DNA of 64,000 bases from assembly GCA_016872215.1 (NCBI GenBank), contig VHAX01000010.1:2158-66157 (forward strand), read 5' to 3'. Positions 43,651 through 54,773 of the stretch are shown piece by piece. The notes under the pieces are model-generated. The model had not been told where the DNA came from and made no database searches. It saw nothing but the letters and a program-made list of their open reading frames with translations. The position numbers and the translations under genes were made by a program. Origin of the DNA: Sphingomonadales bacterium. GTDB taxonomy: Bacteria > Bacteroidota > Bacteroidia > UBA7662. Each line of letters starts with the position of its first letter. Positions within the stretch are counted from its first letter, which is position 1.

Positions 43651-44250
43651 TCAACGCCCATCGGTATGAGGGGACATCCACCTTGCCACGTATTTACCTA
43701 AGATATCCGCTTCAAAATTCACCTGTAATCCCGGCTTCCATTGTTGAACATTTGTATGTAACCAAGTGTAGGGTATGATGGCTACCGCAAATGAATCCGC
43801 ATCGAGGTGGGCAATGGTCAGGGAGATCCCGTCGAGACAAACAGAACCTTTCTCGACGAGCAAATGGGCGTAGGTTTCAGGATAGGCGAATTCAATCCAC
43901 CAACTTCCATTGCGCTCCGATACCGATCGGCAAACGAGACAAGTGTCCACGTGCCCCTGCACGATGTGTCCATCCATTCGCCCCCCTGCAGGCACACAAC
44001 GCTCCAAATTCACTTTGGTTTGAGGTACCCACGAGCCGATATGGGTGCGCAATATAGTCTCCTCAATCGCCGTAACCTTGTGCATACCATCAGCCACTTC
44101 CACCACCGTCAGGCACACCCCATTGTGGGCCACACTCTGATCGATCTTTAGTTCCGGGCTCAGTTCTGACCGAATCCACAACTTAAGATTTGAACCCCTC
44201 ATCTCACGAGTCATCACCTCCCCCACCGTCTCAATAATGCCTGTAAACAT
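43651..44250 (-). CDS. ribE: Riboflavin synthase (alpha subunit)
   Basis: MFTGIIETVGEV...NGVCLTV, duplicated in the second half (GHIVQGHVDTC...). This is the riboflavin synthase lumazine-binding repeat. Confidence 0.9.
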   Translation of the reverse strand: MFTGIIETVGEVMTREMRGSNLKLWIRSELSPELKIDQSVAHNGVCLTVVEVADGMHKVTAIEETILRTHIGSWVPQTKVNLERCVPAGGRMDGHIVQGHVDTCLVCRSVSERNGSWWIEFAYPETYAHLLVEKGSVCLDGISLTIAHLDADSFAVAIIPYTWLHTNVQQWKPGLQVNFEADILGKYVARWMSPHTDGR

Positions 44251-44268
44251 AATCTATTCCCTTATCTC

Positions 44269-46950
44269 TTATCTGTAAACCCCAACCACACCATCGCGGT
44301 CGACCGGCTCGATTCCTGAAAAGACCCTGAAATTAATCCTGATCCGGTAATAGTACGTGCCTTCCTCCACAGGCACACCCTGCATGGATGTGCCATCCCA
44401 ATCGATCGACGGCACAATGCTCCGGTACACTACCTGACCCCAACGGTTATAGACATACAAATCGATCGATTGCACAAACCGCCAACCCGGCAAAGGCCGA
44501 AATACGTCATTGACCCCATCTCCATTGGGCGAAAACACATTCGGCAGTTCATATTCCAGGCAATTCTCGGAGCACACCTCATTCACGAAACCGCTTTCAT
44601 TGCCCCCGCTGTCGACCGCCGTTATAAGATAACAGCCGGCAACCGACGACAACAAACCGGAATGAAGCCAGAATGGTAACGAATCGGCAGGCACCGACTT
44701 CAGGAATACAATAGGAACACCTTCACCAGAACTGAAATAAATGCGCCATTCCAACAGATCAGCCGCGCATTCCGGATTCTGCTGCCATGACAATAAGTTC
44801 TGAAATCGGTCGCAGTCGGTAGCCACAGTGAGGGTGGGTGGACAAGGGGGCACGGAGTCGCGGGGAATTCCACACACCCGCTGGGCGTCGTTATACAAAA
44901 GCGTGGGCATACCCGGGGCACGATAGCCACCGCGACTCATCACCAAATAGCAATAACTTAGTCCATTAACCAGACCAGTATCGAGCCATTCCGTGCGGAC
45001 TGTAACTCCCAGCAATTGCCTGACACCACCGGTCCCTTCCCGGAATACATAGAATGAATCATTTTGCCAAGGTGTATCCCAGGTCCAGGTCAGCCTAAGA
45101 CGGGCATCCAAAGGTTGTACCTGCAAAAAAACGGAAGATGCAGGGGTATTGCGACCCACCAAGCCGAATGAGGCACCTGAGAACAAATCCAAGCGGTAGA
45201 AATGCGGGCCCTGAACTGTATTGATAAACGAGTCGACGTGCACGGAGTCGGTCATAAGCGAGGCAAAATCCAGCCATGTGCGTGAAAAAAGGGTTGAATA
45301 TCCTTGTAGATCGGGACGCAAAGACCGGATTAATTCGAGCCGATAAGGTGGCGGGAACAAGGTCTGATCCAATTCTGAAGGCCCCAACCAAGCCAACGAA
45401 ACAGATCCGGTGACCGGATCCGTGCGTTGCACACTCACACGTATGAATGCAGGCAAACTCAGCGGAACCTGTGCGCATGCCTCTTCAGAGGATATACTCT
45501 CTGATCCCCCGAGTGGGTTCAAGGGATTTTCGCTAAAAAAGGCCGTTATCCGATAGCAAAACTCCTCACCCGGTGGGAGTCCGTGCCCTCTGTTGTCATC
45601 GACAAACACCGTGGAGTTGCGCCCCATCACCGTATCAAGCAGCACGTATCCGGTGGAGGCGGGAACACCGGTTTCGCAATATCCTGGGGTGTATGGGCCA
45701 CTTCCCTGCTTGCGATAAATACGATATCCCAATGCCGACGTGCAGGAATGTGGATTGAAACTGATTCTGATCGCCGCTGGCTGGGGTGTGGCCACAACAC
45801 CCGTCACCGCGGGTGCAATGACCCTGATATTCCAAACACCATAGGCCGTTAAGGGCGGATTACCATTGTCGATGGCCTTGAAAATCACCCGGTATGGGGC
45901 CAGACGAATGTGGCTGCAGGTGGTGTTCCAACTGAAGGGAGACGACAAAGGACCCACACCGGTCACGTCGGTGAAAGTAGCCGGAGATTGGCTAACCGCC
46001 CCACGCGGCGGTGCAAAGGGCATTCCGGCCGCACTTAAACTGATGACATGACCATCACTATCGGTTGCGGTTATGGAACGCAACAGAGGGCTTCCGGCCA
46101 CCACGCAGGTATCGGGAGGCACGATAAAATTGGGTGGCCGGTTGTTGCAGGCCGCAACAGTCACCTGAAAATCACGCAAAATCGATGAGATATTGATCCC
46201 GTTCCGCCATTCCCGGATCAGCATTGCGTAATTGAACTCACCCGGCTGTTGGGGCGTATTCCAGATAAAATCACCATAAATCCCATCTACATACAATTGA
46301 CTTTGGGGCGCCGGATAGAAAAACCCGGGTACGGGAAGGCCGTTGTCGCCCCGGCAGGGAGTGATCTCGTAGGACAGAGAGTCACCATCCGGATCCACCG
46401 CCCCGGGGTTGTGAACAAACAAGCGATTGATGCAGGCGTAATCGATCGGCGGAAAATACAAAATGGGCGAGCTGTTCGAACCCAAAAACGGACTAATCGT
46501 TAGCTGCGTTTGGATGTAAAACATCAGATTCACCGAATTGGGGATGTTCACTACGTTGGCCACCCGGTTGGGGTCGGCCACGGAAATGGTGTAGGTAGAG
46601 GGACCGGGAAAAGTATGCGTGGTGACGTAGGTGTTGCGCACGATGTCGATTCCAACAAACACCCGACTAAGGCGGGGGATAGTATCGATGATAACCGGAT
46701 TCCCATAGTTGAAAGAAACCGGTAACTCGGGCCTGTCGGCCGCATTCTGGTCTTTGGTATAGGTTATGACCGTAATTTCGAAGGTGAGTCCCGACAACTG
46801 CCGAAAGGTAATCTCACCACCCCGGTTGTGGGTTGCGTGCAGGGGCATACACCAAAGGAGCAGAAATAGGCTTAAAAAAGACAGGCAGGCATACCTACGA
46901 CCTTCCCACAATTTTGTGGTACAATCCAAAAAAGGGGAGAAAAAGGGCAT
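44269..46950 (-). CDS. Large secreted cell-surface protein with T9SS type B C-terminal domain (gliding-motility-associated CTD, SprB-like adhesin family)
   Basis: The C-terminal YELPNVFSPNGDGVNDVFRP...GTYYYRI is the type B CTD signature. There is an N-terminal signal/TM segment and the ~890-aa body is beta-rich. Confidence 0.8.
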   Translation of the reverse strand: MPFFSPFLDCTTKLWEGRRYACLSFLSLFLLLWCMPLHATHNRGGEITFRQLSGLTFEITVITYTKDQNAADRPELPVSFNYGNPVIIDTIPRLSRVFVGIDIVRNTYVTTHTFPGPSTYTISVADPNRVANVVNIPNSVNLMFYIQTQLTISPFLGSNSSPILYFPPIDYACINRLFVHNPGAVDPDGDSLSYEITPCRGDNGLPVPGFFYPAPQSQLYVDGIYGDFIWNTPQQPGEFNYAMLIREWRNGINISSILRDFQVTVAACNNRPPNFIVPPDTCVVAGSPLLRSITATDSDGHVISLSAAGMPFAPPRGAVSQSPATFTDVTGVGPLSSPFSWNTTCSHIRLAPYRVIFKAIDNGNPPLTAYGVWNIRVIAPAVTGVVATPQPAAIRISFNPHSCTSALGYRIYRKQGSGPYTPGYCETGVPASTGYVLLDTVMGRNSTVFVDDNRGHGLPPGEEFCYRITAFFSENPLNPLGGSESISSEEACAQVPLSLPAFIRVSVQRTDPVTGSVSLAWLGPSELDQTLFPPPYRLELIRSLRPDLQGYSTLFSRTWLDFASLMTDSVHVDSFINTVQGPHFYRLDLFSGASFGLVGRNTPASSVFLQVQPLDARLRLTWTWDTPWQNDSFYVFREGTGGVRQLLGVTVRTEWLDTGLVNGLSYCYLVMSRGGYRAPGMPTLLYNDAQRVCGIPRDSVPPCPPTLTVATDCDRFQNLLSWQQNPECAADLLEWRIYFSSGEGVPIVFLKSVPADSLPFWLHSGLLSSVAGCYLITAVDSGGNESGFVNEVCSENCLEYELPNVFSPNGDGVNDVFRPLPGWRFVQSIDLYVYNRWGQVVYRSIVPSIDWDGTSMQGVPVEEGTYYYRIRINFRVFSGIEPVDRDGVVGVYR

Positions 46951-47026
46951 AAGCGTGAACGTATAAATATCCCTTTCCCGTATCCAACCCTAAAAGAATG
47001 GGAGAACACGGGTTTGGGCTCATGAA

Positions 47027-47794
47027 TCAATCACCTGGTCTCAGCGTGGCACCGTAATACTCGCGGTTGAGACGGGCAATATGGGTTACGCTGATTCCCT
47101 TCGGGCACTCGGCCTCACAGGCCCCCGTGTTGGTACAGGCACCGAAACCCAACTCATCCATTGTGGATACCATTTTTTGTACACGCTCACGGCGTTCGGG
47201 CTGGCCTTGGGGAAGCAACGCATATTGAGAAACCTTGGCCGAAACAAAAAGCATGGCTGAGGCATTCTTGCAGGCCGCCACACAAGCCCCGCATCCGATA
47301 CAGGCCGCCGCGTTGAATGCTTCGTCGGCATGCATCTTAGCGATGGGAACCGCATTGCCGTCCGGGGCATTTCCGGTGTTAACCGACACAAACCCCCCTG
47401 CCTGCATGATGGTATCGAAAGCCGAACGATCCACTACCAAATCGCGAATCACGGGAAAAGGCCGAGCACGCCAAGGCTCAATGGTGATGGTTTCGCCATC
47501 CTGAAAATGCCTCATATGGAGCTGACAGGTAGTGGTGCCCGATTGGGTACCATGTGCACGGCCATTGATATACATGCTGCAGGAGCCGCAGATTCCCTCG
47601 CGACAATCATGGTCGAAGGCCACGGGCAACTCCCCTTTCCCTACTATTTGCTCGTTCAACATATCCATCATTTCCAGAAACGAGGCGTGAACCGGAACCT
47701 GATTCAATGAATAGATTTGAAACTTACCCTTATCGGTGGGGCCATTCTGACGCCATACTTTGAGCGTGAGTCCGATCGTATCTTTTCCCATCAC
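47027..47794 (-). CDS. sdhB: Succinate dehydrogenase/fumarate reductase iron-sulfur subunit
   Basis: 2Fe-2S region ([11 protein letters not shown]) and 4Fe-4S/3Fe-4S Cys clusters ([23 protein letters not shown]). Confidence 0.9.
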   Translation of the reverse strand: MMGKDTIGLTLKVWRQNGPTDKGKFQIYSLNQVPVHASFLEMMDMLNEQIVGKGELPVAFDHDCREGICGSCSMYINGRAHGTQSGTTTCQLHMRHFQDGETITIEPWRARPFPVIRDLVVDRSAFDTIMQAGGFVSVNTGNAPDGNAVPIAKMHADEAFNAAACIGCGACVAACKNASAMLFVSAKVSQYALLPQGQPERRERVQKMVSTMDELGFGACTNTGACEAECPKGISVTHIARLNREYYGATLRPGD

Positions 47795-49728
47795 TTATAA
47801 CTTCTTTGCGAAGGTTTAACAATTTCAAACTGCAAAGGTTCTTTGTGCAACACGGGGGTTATGGAGTTACCCTGATATGCCCAGGCAGCGACATAATTCC
47901 CATTCTGATCGTCGCGGAGCGCTTCGCCTTCCGGCGTTTGGCTTTCCACACGGAAATGACCACCGCATGACTCGGAACGATCGAGCGCATCGCGGATCAT
48001 CAAATCCCCCAACTCGATAAAGTCGGCCACGCGCATCGCCTTATCGAGTTCGGGATTAAACTCATGCATGCTTCCACCGACCCGTAGATTGGTCCAGAAT
48101 GAATTCTTCAAATCACTGATCAAACCCAATGCCTTCTTCAAACCCTCCTCGGATCGCGCCATTCCGCAATACTCCCACATGATCTTCCCCAGATTGCGGT
48201 GCAACCGCTCGGGTGACTGTCCGCCTTTTATCGACAAGAACTTCTGATACATTTCCTCAGCCCGTTCCTCAGCTACAGAAAACGCTTCATGCCCGGTTGA
48301 TATGGAAGGGGTATGAATCTCATCGGCCAGGTAATTACCAATGGTATAAGGCAATACAAAATAACCGTCGGCCAGGCCCTGCATCAGGGCCGAAGCACCC
48401 AAACGATTGGCACCATGATCGCTGAAGTTTGCTTCACCAATCGCATACAGACCAGGAACGGTCGTCATCAAGTCGTAATCGACCCACAATCCGCCCATGG
48501 TGTAGTGCACCGCGGGATAAATCTTCATAGGCACCTCGAAGGGATTGTCGCCAGTGATTTTCTCATACATTTCAAAGAGATTACCATAGCGCGCGCTGAT
48601 CGCATCCTTACCTAGTCGTTGAATGGAGTCCCTGAAATCCAGAAATACGGCCAATCCAGTTGGATTAACACCACGGCCGCCATCACAGACCTCTTTGGCG
48701 GCGCGACTGGCCACATCACGAGGTACCAGGTTGCCAAACGCGGGATATTTTCTCTCGAGAAAGTAATCGCGATCCTCTTCTTTCAATTGAGCGGCCGTCA
48801 CCCTACCCTCTCGGATGGCTAGTGCGTCTTCCTTCCGCAGAGGAACCCATACCCTTCCGTCGTTTCGAAGCGACTCCGACATGAGGGTCAGTTTCGACTG
48901 GTATTCACCCGACTGGGGCAGACAAGTTGGGTGAATCTGAGTAAAACATGGATTGCCGAAAAAAGCCCCCTTTTTATGGGCTTTCCAGGCAGCCGTAACG
49001 TTCGACCCCATGGCGTTGGTCGACAAGTAAAATACATTCCCATAGCCCCCGCTGGCCAAAACTACCGCATGAGCCCCATGCCGCTCCAATTTTCCGGTAA
49101 CCAGATCCCGGGCAATTATGCCTCTGGCCTTTCCATCGATTACCACTACATCTACCATTTCATGCCGCGCAAACATCTGCACTTGCTTTCGGGCTACCTG
49201 ACGGCTAAGTGCAGAGTAGGCACCTAACAAAAGCTGCTGACCGGTCTGACCCCGGGCGTAGAAGGTTCGTGAAACCTGGGTGCCTCCAAACGAACGGTTG
49301 TCGAGTAGTCCGCCGTAATCGCGGGCGAATGGTACGCCCTGTGCCACACACTGATCGATGATGCTCGCGGAAACCTCGGCGAGGCGATACACATTCGCCT
49401 CACGCGCCCGGTAGTCACCCCCCTTTATTGTATCATAGAATAACCGGTACACACTGTCGCCATCGTTCTGGTAGTTTTTCGCTGCATTAATCCCCCCCTG
49501 AGCAGCGATCGAATGAGCCCGGCGTGGACTATCCTGAAAGCAAAAGGCCTTCACTTTATAGCCCAATTCGGCCAAAGAGGCTGCCGCAGAGGCCCCGGCG
49601 AGGCCGGTACCCACTATAATCACCTCGAGTTTTCTCTTGTTGTTGGGACTCACCAAACGGACCGTGGAGCGGTATCGGGTCCATTTTTCAGGCAAAGAGC
49701 CGTCGGGTATTTTAGCACTTAGTGTCAT
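47791..49728 (-). CDS. sdhA: Succinate dehydrogenase/fumarate reductase flavoprotein subunit
   Basis: FAD-binding GTGLAGAS, covalent-FAD His region ([10 protein letters not shown]), and the catalytic HYTMGG motif. Confidence 0.9.
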   Translation of the reverse strand: MTLSAKIPDGSLPEKWTRYRSTVRLVSPNNKRKLEVIIVGTGLAGASAAASLAELGYKVKAFCFQDSPRRAHSIAAQGGINAAKNYQNDGDSVYRLFYDTIKGGDYRAREANVYRLAEVSASIIDQCVAQGVPFARDYGGLLDNRSFGGTQVSRTFYARGQTGQQLLLGAYSALSRQVARKQVQMFARHEMVDVVVIDGKARGIIARDLVTGKLERHGAHAVVLASGGYGNVFYLSTNAMGSNVTAAWKAHKKGAFFGNPCFTQIHPTCLPQSGEYQSKLTLMSESLRNDGRVWVPLRKEDALAIREGRVTAAQLKEEDRDYFLERKYPAFGNLVPRDVASRAAKEVCDGGRGVNPTGLAVFLDFRDSIQRLGKDAISARYGNLFEMYEKITGDNPFEVPMKIYPAVHYTMGGLWVDYDLMTTVPGLYAIGEANFSDHGANRLGASALMQGLADGYFVLPYTIGNYLADEIHTPSISTGHEAFSVAEERAEEMYQKFLSIKGGQSPERLHRNLGKIMWEYCGMARSEEGLKKALGLISDLKNSFWTNLRVGGSMHEFNPELDKAMRVADFIELGDLMIRDALDRSESCGGHFRVESQTPEGEALRDDQNGNYVAAWAYQGNSITPVLHKEPLQFEIVKPSQRSYK

Positions 49729-49731
49729 GAA

Positions 49732-50439
49732 TCAACCATTAAAACTCAAACCGAAATACATCATTACCGGAATCAGGGCAAACAAGGCCGGAACGATCCA
49801 GGAGAAGGCTACGCCAACGCTGCGAATGGTTTGGCTATAGCTCGAATAACCCAATCCCAATGTCTGAAAAGCACTTCTGAATCCATGATGCAGGTGAACA
49901 CCCACCGCCAACAAACCCAAAAGATACACCCCAACATACCAAGCTTCAGAATAGGCTGAGCGAACCACTTCGTAGGCATTCACAACAACCTCGCTTCCGC
50001 CACCTGGAAGAGGAATGGTGATGGGCTCAGGACTCTCAAATTTCAATTGATACCAAAAATCCTTCAGGTGAACGATCAAAAAAACCAGCACCAAAGTACC
50101 TAAAATACCCATATTTCTCGAATTCCAGGCCGACTGTGCCTTCTCGGATTTGCCTGTGTAGCCAACCGGCCTGGCCGCGGCATTGGTTCGGGTGAGCCAG
50201 ATGCTGTATAAAACATGGAGGATGATAAAGGAGAAATTCAGCTTGGAAACGGTTTGAATCAGCAAACTGTTGGTCATGAAATGGCTGTACCGATTAAAAG
50301 ACTCACCCCCATCGCCCGCCAGCAGCTGAAGATTACCGGCAAGGTGCACTACAAGAAACAAAATGAGGAACAAACCGGTGAGCGACATCATCAATTTCCG
50401 CCCCAGAGAAGAGCGCATCATTACAGAAAATTTATTCAT
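49732..50439 (-). CDS. sdhC: Succinate dehydrogenase cytochrome b subunit (b558 family, Bacteroidetes type)
   Basis: 235-aa multi-TM protein with conserved His residues, immediately upstream of sdhA-sdhB. Confidence 0.75.
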   Translation of the reverse strand: MNKFSVMMRSSLGRKLMMSLTGLFLILFLVVHLAGNLQLLAGDGGESFNRYSHFMTNSLLIQTVSKLNFSFIILHVLYSIWLTRTNAAARPVGYTGKSEKAQSAWNSRNMGILGTLVLVFLIVHLKDFWYQLKFESPEPITIPLPGGGSEVVVNAYEVVRSAYSEAWYVGVYLLGLLAVGVHLHHGFRSAFQTLGLGYSSYSQTIRSVGVAFSWIVPALFALIPVMMYFGLSFNG

Positions 50440-50492
50440 AGGCGAAAATCAATCACAGACCACAAAAATACGACGGAAACCAACTATAAGCA

Positions 50493-50522
50493 ACAAAAAA
50501 CCCCGGGGAGTACCCAGGGTTT
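50493..50522 (-). terminator. Rho-independent terminator downstream of groEL
   Basis: On the minus strand: CCCTGGG-TACTC-CCCGGGG, a 7-bp stem with one G-U pair, followed by TTTTTTG. Confidence 0.7.
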
Positions 50523-50552
50523 TCTGCACACATTCACCAAAACAAACCTGTT

Positions 50553-52199
<1,647 letters not shown>

Positions 52200-52221
52200 T
52201 TATTTGTTTTTTTTTGAATGA

Positions 52222-52500
52222 TTAGTCGATAATCGCCAGTATGTCCGACTCGCGCATGATCAGGTAATCGGTACCTTCGATGTTGATTTCTGTGCCTGAG
52301 TACTTACCATACAACACGGTCTGACCAGCTTTAACGGTCATGGGTTCATCTTTTTTGCCATTCCCTACTGCGATGACTTTACCTTTTTGTGGCTTTTCCT
52401 TGGCCGTGTCGGGAATGATGATGCCACCGGCCGTTTTTTCTTCTGCAGCGGTTGCTTGTACCAGAACCCGATCTGCAATGGGCTTGATTTTTACTGACAT
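52222..52500 (-). CDS. groES: Co-chaperonin GroES
   Basis: 92-aa Hsp10 (KPIADRVLV...[13 protein letters not shown]). Confidence 0.95.
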   Translation of the reverse strand: MSVKIKPIADRVLVQATAAEEKTAGGIIIPDTAKEKPQKGKVIAVGNGKKDEPMTVKAGQTVLYGKYSGTEINIEGTDYLIMRESDILAIID

Positions 52501-52611
52501 AAATTTAAATTTTAAGGGTTAGAATAGTTTGATGGTGGAAGATTGACATCAACTATGCCAATTCACTAAGAATGATGGATGATACCCAAACAACACCCAA
52601 AAAGCGATAGA

Positions 52612-52702
52612 GTTCTGACAAACTGTCAAAGAACCCTGACAAACCTTTCATTTAGCACCTACTTTTTGTCAGTTTAACAGAGTCTGTTCGTCAGTTTACA
52701 TC
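52612..52702. promoter_or_regulatory. Cluster of TGACA/TGTCA and AAACTGAC motifs upstream of groESL (candidate heat-shock operator or promoter); no good CIRCE
   Basis: CTGACAAACTGTCAAAG, CTGACAAACC, TTTTGTCAGTTTAACAG and CGTCAGTTTACAT occur within 90 bp, 110-200 nt upstream of the groES start. Only a TTAGCAC half-site of CIRCE is present. Confidence 0.4.
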
Positions 52703-52851
52703 CTGAAAAGTCCCCTCCTCACCTTAATAAGGCCATAGTAACACATATTGAAACCACAAAATTATCCCAAAAGCATTATGAAGGTCATAAAATAGATCTT
52801 AAAATAGGCCTTTAATCGATGTAGTTCAGGTTTCAGAAAGTCCTATACATA

Positions 52852-53256
52852 TTATTCCGGCACGGCTCCACCCTGTGGGGCGGATGTCGCAGCACCCGGC
52901 GTATTACCCTGACCCTGTGGGGCCGGCGCTGTGCCACCCGACGCGTCCGGTGCCGGAACACCCGGGGCAGGCAAACCCACCCCTACTGACTCAGCCTTAT
53001 CACGAAGTTGGGTGGCATCTTCAACCTGGCCGCCGCGGTCAATCCACAAATTGATCATTAGGGTGAATACCAATAAAGCCAGACTCAACATCCAAGTAGA
53101 TTTTTCCACGACATCGGTGGTCCTTTTAACGCCCATAAGTTGACTACTTCCAGCAAAATTAGCGCTGATTCCTCCACCTTTGGGCTTTTGAATAAGCACA
53201 ATCAAAATCAGCAGTACGCAAATCAGGATTATGAAAATCGTGAATAAAGTATACAT
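52852..53256 (-). CDS. secG: Preprotein translocase subunit SecG
   Basis: N-terminal TM segment with LIQKPKGGG motif, a second TM segment, and a Pro/Ala/Gly-rich tail. Confidence 0.85.
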   Translation of the reverse strand: MYTLFTIFIILICVLLILIVLIQKPKGGGISANFAGSSQLMGVKRTTDVVEKSTWMLSLALLVFTLMINLWIDRGGQVEDATQLRDKAESVGVGLPAPGVPAPDASGGTAPAPQGQGNTPGAATSAPQGGAVPE

Positions 53257-53279
53257 ATGTCAGTTTTCAGTCGTGAATT

Positions 53280-54233
53280 TTAGGTTTTGGCCTGTTTCAA
53301 TTGAGCAATTCGGGCTGCAAATATGGGCATTTTTTCTGGATTCATCAAAATGAGTTGTTGATAGATGGCGATGGCGTAATGCCATTCCTGCTGCCCGGCA
53401 AAAACCTCCGCCAGAGTTTCACTCGCCGGCAGTTGTTCGCCGTCGATGCTGGCCTGCGCCAGCTTCCTAATAGTGTGCATAGAATCGGCCGATAAAGGAT
53501 CCCCAAGCTCATCGCTCACTTTCACCCGTATGGCCTCTAAATCCTGAGGCAAAAGGAGACCCGAAGGGGCGTTCAACAAATCAGTCGTAGCAGCCAGACG
53601 CAGCTCACGCTCGTAATCGGCATCTCCGTTTTCAACCGATTTTACGGGCGGGTTCATATGAGAACTCCGGGCATAAAATCGAAACCAGTCCTGCAAATCG
53701 TGGGGTTTATGGAGGAAGTCGGTATCGCCTTGAGTCTCTTGAGCAGAAGGCGTCCCTAATTGGAGATCCTCAACCTCCATTTCCTGAATGATTTCATTCG
53801 TTGCATTGACCGGTTCCACTGTTGCCATTTCCTGAACAACTTCCATCGTTTGCACGGGTCGATCCTCAACCCCCATTTCCTGAGCGTTTTCATTCATTGC
53901 AGTGACAGGTTCCACTGTTGCAATTTCCTGAACAACTTCCGGAGTCACTACATTCTCAAATAGCTGTTCAACCGGATTGTTTTCATCCGCCAATGACCAG
54001 GCATCGCCCTCGGTAAACATAAAGGCCCGCACAGGATCTGGTGCCAATGTGAGTATTTTACGGTGCTGTTTCTTGTAGCGACTGCTGTTTTGAAGCCTGT
54101 ATTGCTTGAGCAACAAAAGATGACCGGCTGTGAAATAGGGATATTCCTGCACGAGCTCCTCCAATTCAGCCAAAGGATGCTCCGCCAACAGGGATGGGTC
54201 GTGGTAGTATTGAGCAAGGCGATCGAGGTTCAT
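53280..54233 (-). CDS. Hypothetical protein with internal ~32-aa tandem duplication (helical, TPR-like C-terminus?)
   Basis: No recognizable catalytic motifs. The repeat VVQEIATVEPVTAMNENAQEMGVEDRPVQTME / VVQEMATVEPVNATNEIIQEMEVEDLQL is encoded by a ~96-bp DNA duplication near 53760-53960. Confidence 0.5.
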   Translation of the reverse strand: MNLDRLAQYYHDPSLLAEHPLAELEELVQEYPYFTAGHLLLLKQYRLQNSSRYKKQHRKILTLAPDPVRAFMFTEGDAWSLADENNPVEQLFENVVTPEVVQEIATVEPVTAMNENAQEMGVEDRPVQTMEVVQEMATVEPVNATNEIIQEMEVEDLQLGTPSAQETQGDTDFLHKPHDLQDWFRFYARSSHMNPPVKSVENGDADYERELRLAATTDLLNAPSGLLLPQDLEAIRVKVSDELGDPLSADSMHTIRKLAQASIDGEQLPASETLAEVFAGQQEWHYAIAIYQQLILMNPEKMPIFAARIAQLKQAKT

Positions 54234-54772
54234 TACCAGTTTACAAATGCGCGGTTAAATATATCATCTACGAGCTGTCGAACAATCTCCTGATTCAACT
54301 GATCCTCTACCTGCCTGAGGTCGAGTCCCGCGTCGAAGTCGGCATACCGAACAAATCTCTGTTCCCAGTTTTCGGCCGTGCGGAATCGATTCGTATAGCG
54401 CACCTGAACGGCAATACTTAATCGACTTAAAGAGGTGGTTTCACCTGCGGCAACCGCTGCCGGGGCCACCGCATAATCAACAATGCTGCCTTCGAACGTC
54501 AAATCCGCATCGGCGGTTTGCAGGCGCAGTCGACTTTCAGCCAGAAATTTGTCGCGCATGCGGTCCGATAGTATCTGAGACAATTGGGGGACTACCACCA
54601 GCGAGCGGTTGTCGAATTGAGCGATCGACAGACTCACGGCCTCAGGTGGAATGGAGGCTCCGCTAAACCGATACACCCCACACGAATTGAGGGAACACAA
54701 TAGCAACGTTCCAACGGAAAGGACCCCATACAGACGGCGCAGCGGAATAAGATGCACGACGAACTGCATCAT
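54233..54772 (-). CDS. LptE-like lipoprotein (LPS-assembly lipoprotein family, tentative)
   Basis: Lipobox LNSCG followed by VYRFSGASIP, and position adjacent to a sigma54 activator as commonly seen in Bacteroidota. The start is set at MMQF to avoid overlap. Confidence 0.45.
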   Translation of the reverse strand: MMQFVVHLIPLRRLYGVLSVGTLLLCSLNSCGVYRFSGASIPPEAVSLSIAQFDNRSLVVVPQLSQILSDRMRDKFLAESRLRLQTADADLTFEGSIVDYAVAPAAVAAGETTSLSRLSIAVQVRYTNRFRTAENWEQRFVRYADFDAGLDLRQVEDQLNQEIVRQLVDDIFNRAFVNW

Positions 54773-54773
54773 T

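Noticed and set aside
52612-52702. CIRCE (HrcA operator) upstream of groES
   Set aside because: Only one half-site (TTAGCAC) is present, with no inverted GAGTGCTAA partner at 9-nt spacing. The TGACA-type motifs are reported instead.
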